This document shows, piece by piece, positions 55,201 through 64,000 of a DNA stretch of 64,000 bases (positions are counted from its first letter, which is position 1; each line of letters begins with the position of its first letter). The DNA is from Macrostomum lignano. Its lineage: Eukaryota. Position numbers and translations under genes: made by a program. Under the pieces are notes generated by a model. That model saw nothing but the letters and a program-made list of their open reading frames with translations, did no database searches and was not told the DNA's origin. The stretch is from positions 186,001 through 250,000 of the forward strand of contig NIVC01000632.1 of NCBI GenBank assembly GCA_002269645.1, read 5' to 3'.

Positions 55201-58200
55201 CGTCGCCGTGACGTCTTGACAGCCACTGGCCGCAGGCGAAATGATACTTCCACTTGGGGTGCTTCAAGTCGGACACGACCACGCGGTCGAGGAACCAGTC
55301 TGTGGACCGGCCGGACTCGTCGTGCTGGATGCGGATTTTCTTCAGTGGACCAACGCAGGGAGCATTCAGGACGAAGCGTTGCGTTGAGTTGCGACGGAAC
55401 ACCGGATTCTCGTTGTCTGGCGTCTTCAGAGCCAGCTTCCTGGTGATGCCCGTCCGACCGTAGATTGTGATGAAGGCTTGCGAGTCCGTGCCTGCGCCCT
55501 CCTGGTCCCCGGTGACCACCACCACCTCGTAGCTGGTCTTCGTGCAGCGCACAGCAAATAGTTCCCGACAAGTTTGACCGTCCTCTTTGTAGAGCGAGAG
55601 CCAGTGGTTGTTGAGGAACATCCAGCTGCGTTTTGTCTGCAGGTTGGTGACCTCGATGCTCTGCAGCAGCCAGCTGTCCCGCTCCTCAATGCCGGTGTGC
55701 TGGCGAGTCAAATTGAGAGAATTAATTCGTTATCTTGATGCGAATGCACTGCGAATGCTGTACCATGCACCTAGCTTCTACCTTGATATTGTATCCTTGC
55801 TTCTACTGTATTAGCTCGACGACTTTTAATGCTTTTTATGACTATCGATGAGCGTGCACGCATAGTGACTAATAATTGGTCAGCTTTATAGCCAGTGGGT
55901 TGCGAAAACAACAGAACCTCATTAGTTAGGTTTACGCTTGTAGTTAGGTATACTGAACGTGATCTGGACTGACTACCGCCTTTCTGACTACGGCCTCACC
56001 GCCTTTCAAACAAATAGCGGGAGCCAGCAACCCCTTTAGACGTACAATGTAAGCTGCTCATTAATTAGTATTTTGCAACGCACTAATAGTGCAGTAGGAT
56101 GCTAGGAAAAGCTACCTCGATAGACACGGACTCCAGATCGCCCAGATCTGGCAGGTTAAATCGGAACGTCTGAGTCGAGCCTCGACTGAATCTAAATCGG
56201 GCCCGCTTGGCTGTTGAAGTCTTCTTGGCCAGCCGACGCCGCGGCATCAGGCCCAGGGTGCCGCGCATGGCGAAGTAGACGGGCGCGTCCGTGCCGGAAC
56301 CATTGGCGTCGCTGGTGGTGACGGACACCTTGTAGGTGAAATCGCGACGGATCAGCGCCTCCGATCTGCATGCGGGTGGCAGTTTTATGGTTGGTTTGTT
56401 AGATGGTCAAGCTAACTCACAGCCAGCAAGGAGGCACGCAGTCATGCCCGTTCTGCTGACCCTTGATCACGCTAACATAAAAATTGGAAGGCACACTAGC
56501 ACATGGTGTACAGCGGTGCTGGCTGTCGCATCGAAAGTTGTTCGATGGTTAAAGAACAACCAAGAGACGCTGTTTACTGAGCTTGATTATTTTTGGTATG
56601 CAGACCTAAGCCAGAAATTCTGACACAGCATCTAGAACTGGATTCAGTTGAGAATTGAGATCCTGAATCGTGTAGTACTCAGAATTGATCACTAGCCCAG
56701 TGCAGCCATCGTGAGTGAGTGAGTGGAAAGTTAAGCCAGCTCAGCTTAGTTGACACTGCTACAGGATGCAAGTTGCGACCCTCCACAGTCTCAGCACTGT
56801 ACAAACGGTCCCCTGCACACACCTGCATCCGAGCGTACTATGGATCAAAGTTAAGGAATTGGTCCAACCATTCTTACCTGGATCTCGGCCGCAGGCCAAT
56901 ATGCTCAGCTTCGCCGTGTCGACCGAACTCGCGCTTAGTCGAGCACACCTGCACGGCGCAACCGGCTGCGCTAGCAAATTTACGATCGAAGTATTCCACC
57001 AGATGGGGATCGCACAGGGCGGAGTAGCCGGCCAGGGGGGAGGCTGCCTTGGGGTCGGGGCCGAAGCCCGCGTCAATGCGCGGGTTTGTGGACACTCGCT
57101 CTGCGGATAGCCGAAAAATAATTGGATGCGTTTTTTTATCTGTGCCGCGTTTCCCAAAAAACATTTTGAAGACTGGCGCGCTTCGATGCAGGGCATTCGA
57201 TAAAGGGCCTTTTCATATTACCAATTCCAGAACCAGAATCGGTTCGGAATTCCAAGAAAAACAGCAGTATAACTATTAAACTCTGTTAATATTTGACTGC
57301 CTTAACAACCTAACTTAGCGCAATTTTTCACTTTCTTCTTGGCGATTGTCATTCAATAATAAAAACTTTATAGCACGTATCTCCCTCGATCTAGTTATGG
57401 AGACAAAAAGTTATACTTCACAAATTGGTTCTGGTTCTGGAACCAGAACAAGCAATATGAAAAGGCCCAAAGATAAATGACCTTCGCTATAATTTTCATA
57501 TTGAGATATACTGAGAAATATACTCATATTGAGCAGAGTGAGACAGAGTGACTCATTTGTCCTTTGCTTTTCAGTGGCTTAGTGTGATACCTCCTCCGTG
57601 CAAACCTCATTAGCGAACTTAACCCCTTCTGTGGCCTAGACAATAAAAATTCCCAGAATTTTGTCTGCCAATGCCCAGCCTTTAACAAGGATCAGCTGCA
57701 CCATCTCGGGCTTTCGATGAGATCTACGAACCCGTGAGCATCTTGCCCTCTGGACCCCTGGACTGGTCCAGAGCCTTTGCCACAAGCGTCCACTGCCCGC
57801 CATGCCTCTCAATCACTAAGAGACTTATCGATACCGATGCAAAATCCCATGAGCTGAGATGAGCTAGCTCAGGTGGTGATGAAATTTGCCAGACAGGCCA
57901 ATCAGTTATAGACTCGAGCCTCACCTGCATACGGCGGCGCTTTCCGTTTCAGCGACGGTGCCGAACCGCTTCTCCGGTTCACCTGCTGCTGCTGCTGCAG
58001 GCTGCCCAACGAGACCGCTGGCGACCGCGGCCGGCTAATCATCATGCCGCGGTGCTGGTGCTGCCCACCCGGAGCCGGTGGCGGCCTTGTGAGCACGTGA
58101 CTCGCCCGGATCAGGTCGAATTCATCCACACGAGCGGCGGCCGCCGGAGCGGCCCTGGCGTACGGAGAATAATCCAGGTCTCTGCCGGCTGCTGCTGCTG

Positions 58201-58266
58201 CTGCTTGCTGCGACCAGCTGGGCTCCACTGAGGGGTAGAAACTGCCGTTCCGCTCCAGCAGGGTGC
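37258..58266 (-). CDS. LOXHD1: Lipoxygenase homology domain-containing protein 1-like (17 PLAT domains), at least 22 exons, about 2760 aa or more
   Basis: Exons: about 58266-57925, 57100-56878, 56365-56116, 55699-54992, 54711-54199, 53355-53229, 51470-51078, 50571-50417, 48851-48691, 48535-48465, 47572-47379, 46721-46529, 46246-44729, 43591-43193, 42789-42614, 42202-42089, 41791-41122, 40977-40486, 40329-40169, 40027-38971, 38190-37999, 37442-37258. Every junction is GT-AG and phase-consistent with no stop. The PLAT signature YxVxVxTGDxxGAGTDAxV...IRIGHDxxGxxxxWxLD...WL recurs throughout. The start codon was not found. Confidence 0.95.
37640..37975. repeat. About 21-bp minisatellite GGGATGTCAGGTGAGGCTGTGA
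   Basis: Directly visible, in the last LOXHD1 intron. Confidence 0.9.
43740..43960 (-). mobile_element. Old, diverged SINE-A-related copy
   Basis: Contains CCATTCCGCTGACTC, GTGTACAGCGGCCCT and a reverse B-box GGAATCGAACC. Confidence 0.5.
46800..47280. repeat. 24-bp minisatellite GTGGCTTTGGTGCTGAGTGGTGAC
   Basis: Directly visible, intronic. Confidence 0.95.
47670..48400. repeat. 21-bp minisatellite TGTGCTCAGAGATTCT(ATTGT/GGGGT)
   Basis: Directly visible, intronic. Confidence 0.95.
48890..49420. repeat. About 23-bp minisatellite GGCGATTCTCAGGTGTCAGGGAG
   Basis: Directly visible, intronic. Confidence 0.93.
49745..50380. repeat. About 24-25-bp minisatellite GGAATCGGCGCCAACTGTAGCTA(CT)
   Basis: Directly visible, intronic. 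Confidence 0.93.
50625..50910. repeat. About 14-bp degenerate minisatellite GAAGGCCGATTTAT
   Basis: Directly visible, intronic. Confidence 0.85.
51744..52780 (+). mobile_element. Internally deleted Tc1/mariner (mariner-type) element with long inverted repeats
   Basis: Inverted repeats at 51744-51927 and 52584-52767. Transposase N-terminus EVKFL...IHGENSLKKTAIYEWIERFRDG and C-terminus FAQAIDGMLSKWQRCIQLNGDYVEK are present, but the catalytic core is absent. The right end continues as TTTTGGGACACCCCTC. Confidence 0.9.
53469..53908 (+). mobile_element. hAT (Charlie/MER58-like) non-autonomous element containing a (GGAGA)n array
   Basis: Termini CAGGGGTCTGTAAACT and AGTTTGCCGACCCCTG; subterminal GGGCCGCATGTGGTCCGCGGGCC. 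The TSD is not clean: AAGTAAAA on the left, AAGTAAAT 6 nt beyond the right end. Confidence 0.75.
57205..57468. mobile_element. PIF/Harbinger-like MITE
   Basis: Perfect 15-bp TIR GGGCCTTTTCATATT, AAA on both flanks (possible 3-bp TSD), subterminal CCAGAA repeats. Confidence 0.75.
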
Positions 58267-59856
58267 TGCTCGAAATATAGGGCAAAATATTCCACGTAGT
58301 GCTTTTTAAAGGTATTTTATGCAGTCCTTCCAGTTCTAGCTGATCACTGCTCCTCAAACCTGAGCTGCATCTGCATCTGCACACGCATTTCTGTTCACTT
58401 CCCTCTTTCGGTTATCAATTTAATATGTGAGAATCATTGTAAACAATTTAAGCTACTTAAACTGGACTTTTTGTCAAAATATGTCAAAATAAAAAGATAA
58501 ATTCGTATTTGTTGTTGCAATAAAAAATTAAAGTGAATGAATTAATACTTCAATTAATATTCTGTACAGGCGAGTAATATTTATCATGGAAAATCAACCA
58601 AACCAACAGCATAGAAAAATTGATTGCTTGTTAGTAGATAGCGCAATTTAGACAGATCTTTGGGGGTTGTGATTAATGTGCATCAAGCAGGTGTTTTGTA
58701 TAGTTTGTAACACGACATTAAATAATAAATAGTTAAGGTACCAGTGGCTGGTTCAGTTAATAAAATAATCAGAACTGTAACTGAAACTTCTTCGGATCAA
58801 TTTGAATTGTATAAGTCGAATTTTAATTATGATTTTGTTTTGCATTGAAGCAGTTCCTATGAGAGAAAATAAGATAGCTCGTAGTACGGAGACAACAAGA
58901 TGAATAAATAAAAGGCAGGTAACGGCTAGCAAAGGTTACATAATTTTTAATAAATATTCGTTGTTAAAGAAAGATAAACATACATTGGATGATTATCCAT
59001 ATCAAATCGATCTTATGAATTCTGGAGTTTATGGCAACCTGGAATGTTTTAATAGCCATGTGAAATTATATGAACATGGTTGCATGAAGTCGCAGAAAAA
59101 AAACCTAATAGAAACTTGGAAAGTCAAACTTAGGAGATGTAGTAATTAAGACCTACTACTAATTTTGGGCTCCAGGAATAAAATTTTTTTAAGGAGTTAG
59201 CGTTTCTTAAGTATGGGATTCCACATTGTACTCAAATGCTGTGCTAGAAACATGTAATAGTAAACGCCATAGCGATTCCAACCAGAGATTTCCCAAAAAT
59301 GAATTTTAATATTTATTTTTTCTTACCTTTAGTTATTTTTCGAATTCATTATTTGCTTCGAGAACAGCCGCTCTGCACAGTTAGCTAGTGTGAACAAAGT
59401 GAACAAATTTTTCATGTTAAATTTTAGACGTGTTGCCTGCATCCTTTGTAAACAATAGTCCGTTTAAACAAAGTTTATCTCAAACGCAAAGTAAAAAATG
59501 TAAATAACTTTAGAAAGTGACTCGGATTTATTGGCTTAAAAACTTCAGCAAAATAATTAAGACTAAAAACCAACAAAACGGCTTGGCATGTTGCTAAGCC
59601 GAATGTTAGTTCCGTCAAGTAAAAAATGAGTCCGAGTCCTCATGGAGGTGGTCATGTAATCGTTTTTAATAAGAAATTGCTCGTTTATTAAATTTGCATA
59701 TAGCATTAGTCATAATATAATACAAATGTATAAAATGTTAGGTTAGAATTTAAGAATGCATCGAATAAATATGTAGGACTTAGACTTATTGGAAATTTAA
59801 AAAGTACCATAGATAAATTGGTGTAGAATTATGATTTAGGATAGCAAAAAATAACT

Positions 59857-62800
59857 ATGGCAGTTAGTGCTGTTGATCAAATTACCTCGTTTTTAAGGGT
59901 CCACCTTGGCCCTGAAACTGCTGCAGTCTTTCTCTACATTAGCAAAAATAGCAAATCACCACTACAAATGATCATGCAGCAGTTTAGGCTACCAAGTGAA
60001 AAAGTCTCATTTTTTCCAGCAGAAAATCTTGCACATTCATCATCTTTAAGACTTTTAAAATACTTTGAAAAAAGTAGCCCATCTCTTGCTTTTGAAACTA
60101 TGAGCACAAATAATCAAGTTTTACAAATGGTAAGCCAGTATTTTGAATTTTATATATTAATTTATAAATTTGTACATTGTCATAATCAAATGAATAAGCT
60201 TTTTAAATATTTTTATTATGGTTAGGCCTATTTTTAATGCACTATTAAGCTAAACTGAGCTTTTTAAAGTATGCCTAGGGGCTAGAAAGTCTTAGAAAAT
60301 TGAAATGTTGTTTCAATCAAGACAATTTCATATTGAAATATCTATTTATATGATTTCTAAAAGTTAAAAATTATTCTTTTATAACCATATATATCATTTT
60401 GATTATAAATTTCAATAAGATTTATCAACAAGAATCCCATGACTTGCCATTGCTAGCATTGGCATTATTTAATAATGCCAATGCTAGCAATCATATAATC
60501 AAAAGGCAGATTTCAATAAAAACTAGTTTTTTTGCAAATGGGTAGGCCTAACTTTGAAATGCAGTTGAATAAAATAAAAAGCAAATATAAATTAGAAGAA
60601 AGTGAAAAATACTATTTCATAGAGAGAATTTTTTAAAATATATATTTAGAGATCATACATGCGCAACCTCCGAAATTCGGTCGGCCATGCGACTTAGTTT
60701 TAACAAAAATGCGACATAGTTTTTGTCAAAAATGCGACTTACATGTAAAAAACCCTAAAGCAAAATTAAAGCAACTTTGGGTAAACGGCAGGAGTAACTA
60801 TGACTGTCTTATTAAGCCAAAATGCCTCGTCAGCTACTTAGTACTACTACTTTGTTATTTTTTCGGGTGGGGATTTTTGCGACTTCCTTGGTTGGCCGCC
60901 AAATCAGTCGGCCGGATCGGCCGACTCGGCCGACTGTTGCGCATGTATGTTAGAGATTCTAGCTAGGTTTCATTGGGATGCCAATATCTTTTGTTATCTT
61001 ATATTTGTAGGGCCTATCTTATTAGGATCTTTTGATGTCAATATGAAAAAATATATAATGTCATTCTTTATAAAAACCAATTTTTTAAACTCTTAAAAAA
61101 GTTACAAAAATGGTTCTTATATTTTTAGCATATAAGGTCATTATAATTATAAAGTGTCAAACAAGTATAACAAACTTTTTTATTCTTAACTAATCTTTAA
61201 GGTAGAATATATAGATATGGATGTTTATAGAAACACAATTCCTATGTCTAATAATATTAGCCATTTAATAGCTAAGACTACCAGATCTATTATAGCCCTT
61301 GATTTTATAGGTGGTGAAAGGGACAAGACAAGGGAAATAAACAAATGTAGCCAGTTTCAAGCAACAGATTTTTATGCTATATACACATTGTGATTGGTGA
61401 TGGCTAAAATCAAGATGAATGCAGTGCAGTCCCATCCATATTTCTTGCACAATTAATAAATGAGACAATTAATGAGTGATAGGTTAAGCTATTGCTATTA
61501 TTCTATATTTCCTTATTATATTATAGTGAAATATAGTCCCACATTGGGCACTATGTAGAGAATGATAATAAAGTAATGGCAAGTAATAGGAAATTAATTA
61601 GCTATGAATATGGATATGGGAAATTTTGGTTGCAGTGGTAATTTATCATACAGGTATATACTAATCGTTAGGTTAGCCTCAATCTAGGGAGGCCGTAGCC
61701 CAGTGGTAGCGCAGCTGCTCTGGTGTGCCAGCAACCCAGGCTCGATTCCAAGTGCAGCCACATTAATTTGGGGCTGAATTGGAATCTCGGCTTGGCTCTG
61801 CTTGTGCAATTAACAGCCTTGAAAGCCAACCCCCAAGGCGCAGTGAAGTGTACGTAACAATAATATAAAGTTAGGGCTGCTGTACACTCCTGTGTGAGTG
61901 TGTGCCTGCGTACGTATCCGCGCGCTTGTGTGCCTGCTCAGGGGAGTCGGCGGAATGGGCAGCAATGGGCAGCAAGTGTGCCTATGTCGCTTAAAGTGCG
62001 CCAGGATGCACACAACCCCCCTGCCTCTAATAAAAAAAGCCTCAATCCACTCAAACTAATATTTAACCAGGTGCAACAGTGCCTGACTCTGCTGCTCACA
62101 CACGACCTGTTAATTTTGAGTCGACGCAAAGACTCAGCCATTGAATATTCGATCAACTGGGCGCAAGTTCGAGTGCTGAATCGAGCTCCAGCTTTTCTCT
62201 GCCTGACTCGAACTCAGCTGGGCCACGCTGCCGAGCTGGTAATCGAGGAGCTGCTGTACTCTGGCCGGCTGGGCCTCCTAGCCTGCCTAGCAACCGTTGC
62301 TAAGCGACTTGCCGAAGAGGATGAAGCTTCCTCTAGCGCCGCAGCGGCACCAGCCGCCGTGGATCCCGGACTGCGCGCATTGAACGCCTTCGCCAGCCTG
62401 TTGGAGCTGCGATTTATTCAACGCCGCGGCTCCGTTGTCCCCCGCTGCCAGTTGCTGACAACAGCGGATGTGGCAGCGGCGGCCGTCTCGAAGACGACGA
62501 CGAGTTCGAAGATGATGACGTCATTGGCAGCAGCAAGATTTATCGCGTTGAAAAGCCGTTCGCCCCGTTGAGTCGGGCTGAGCGAGAGGCCGCTCTTCGA
62601 CATATTCGAGAGTCGCTGGGGCCGGCTGTTAAACTGTCCAACGAGTCGCTGGTGTGTGCGGAAAATCAATTTAAAAAAACTGTTTTTGTTGGCCCTGTAG
62701 GATTGGATTGTTGACAGTGGGATGCCAAAGGGGAAAAAGATGGAAAACATTGATGTATGTATCGATGGCCAATGGGAATGAGATTCAAGGTGAAAAAGGG

Positions 62801-63466
62801 ATGCCAGGTAAGAGACTAGAGAGAGAGATGCCAAGTAAGAGAGATGCCAAGTAAGAGAGATGCCAAGTGAGAGAGAGGCCAGGTGAGAGAGAGATGCCAA
62901 ATGAGAGAGAGGCCAGGTGAGAGAAAGATGACAGGTGAGAGAAATGCCAAAGGAGAGAGAGATGCCAGGTGAGAATCCAGTAACAGTCCCGGTGCAAATC
63001 CCGGCCCCCACAACAGGAACCGCCTGCCAAGCGCCCCCGAGTCGCCGCCGAGACCACATCAGTTGCCGACGCCCGTCGTCCCGAGGAGGCAGCGCAGGAA
63101 TTCTCGGCCAACGCGCAGCAGCTCCGATTCCGTTGGCGCGATTCGATCCTCACCAGGGCCGCGGCGTCCGTTCTCGGCGCCCAGGCGAGCCGCGTGCTTG
63201 CCGCCATGCTGGACATTGTGGACGAGAGGGTCCGGCTGGGTCACGCGCAGTCCGCCGAGTCCGAGGTGTTGGCACATGCCGACATTGTGGCCCAGTTGGC
63301 CGCCTCCGCTGCCGGCGATGCCAGATCTGGGGTGAGAATGTTTGTGTGCCTGTCTGTTGGTCTGTCTGTCTGCCTGCCTGCCTGTCTGTCTGTCTGTCTG
63401 TCTGTCTGCCTGTCTGTTGGTCTGTCTGTCTGTCTGCCTGTCTGTTGGTCTGTCTGTCTGCCTGCC

Positions 63467-63507
<41 letters not shown>

Positions 63508-64000
63508 GACTGACTAACTTCTGTCTGTCTGTCTGTCTGACTGACTGTCTGTCCGTCTGTCTGTCTGTCTGTCTGTCTGACTGACTTCTGTCTGTCTGTC
63601 TGGCTGTCTGTCTTTCTTAGTATCTGCCTGTCTGGCTGTCTGTCTTTCTGTCTTTTATCTATTATCTATCAACATTTTCACCTGCCTCCCCGCCCAGCTG
63701 GACCAGCACCTGTCCAGCCTGGCAGAAGACGGCTTCATCGAGCGGCAGTCGGGCGCAGCGGGCGGCCAGTTCCGCATTCTGTTCAGGCGCGCCATTTTCA
63801 GCCTCACTCGCCAGTCCGTAGCCGCGGTGATTCGCCAACGCCTCGGCGACAAGGCCGTCCGAGTGTTCAATGCGCTGTCCGAGGAGCCGAATCTCACCCA
63901 GGCGGAGCTGGAGTCGCACGTCCTGATCGGCGGCCGCGACTGCAAGGAGCTGCTCTACCGCCTGCTGGTTGACGGCTTCGTCCACTGCGCCGAGCTCAGC
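59857..64000 (+). CDS. POLR3C: RNA polymerase III subunit C3 (RPC3/RPC62); runs off the window end and carries a 1-nt frameshift
   Basis: Exons 59857-60003 (49-aa winged-helix start HLGPE...SPLQMI...LPSEK), 62071-62651 (VQQCLTLLLTHDL...AELVIEELLYSGRL), 62987-63331 (EPPAKRPR...FSANAQQLRFRWRD) and 63698 to end (LDQHLSSLAED...RQRLGDKAVRVF...KELLYRLL). All are colinear with recalled human POLR3C. Confidence 0.9.
60654..60949. mobile_element. hAT MITE, 296 bp
   Basis: Perfect 14-bp TIR CATACATGCGCAAC and perfect 8-bp TSD TTAGAGAT (60646-60653 and 60950-60957). Confidence 0.92.
61687..62038 (+). mobile_element. tRNA-derived SINE family A, full-length copy with 10-bp TSD
   Basis: TSD AGCCTCAATC at 61675-61684 and 62038-62047; A/B boxes and TAATAAAAAAA tail. 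Confidence 0.92.
62800..62975. repeat. About 18-bp minisatellite GAGAGAGATGCCAAGTAA
   Basis: Directly visible, in POLR3C intron 2. Confidence 0.85.
63343..63650. repeat. (GTCT)n-type microsatellite filling POLR3C intron 3
   Basis: Directly visible. Confidence 0.95.

Noticed and set aside
58961-59420. Short ORFs in the AT-rich block (62-aa ORF, and a minus-strand MKNLFTLFTLA... exon-like segment)
   Set aside because: No recognisable domain, and an in-frame stop precedes the donor; cannot be supported as coding.
60449-60526. Helitron 3' end (hairpin then CTAG)
   Set aside because: The hairpin is long and AT-rich, and CTAG is about 30 nt away rather than about 10-12; no 5' TC boundary was identifiable.

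Overview
Animal genomic DNA with GT-AG introns and dense micro- and minisatellite arrays; no prokaryotic features. The style suggests a free-living flatworm such as Macrostomum, but that is inference only. I could assemble six spliced genes with consistent intron phases. (1) An LRRN-family LRR-Ig-FN3-TM receptor (minus, 2830-5328). (2) An unannotated-looking secreted precursor of about 380 aa, made of poly-Glu/Asp/Tyr blocks separated by RRKKR-type cleavage sites (minus, 14264-15495). (3) A small secreted six-Cys precursor (minus, 20293-21500). (4) A four-EF-hand calmodulin-like gene (plus, 32978-35369). (5) A LOXHD1-like gene with at least 22 exons, 17 PLAT domains and an ERICH3_N-like N-terminal motif (minus, 37258 to about 58266). 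(6) POLR3C/RPC3 (plus, 59857 to window end), with a 1-nt frameshift. Mobile DNA comprises a decayed Ty3/Gypsy 3' end with its LTR, a tRNA-derived SINE family (two copies with clear TSDs), an internally deleted mariner with about 184-bp inverted repeats, two hAT MITEs and a PIF/Harbinger-like MITE. Nearly all long ORFs in the supplied track over 6-12, 18-21, 23-34 and 46-50 kb are artefacts of tandem repeats. The most novel-looking item is the pair of secreted precursor genes at 14-21.5 kb, especially the polyanionic peptide precursor.
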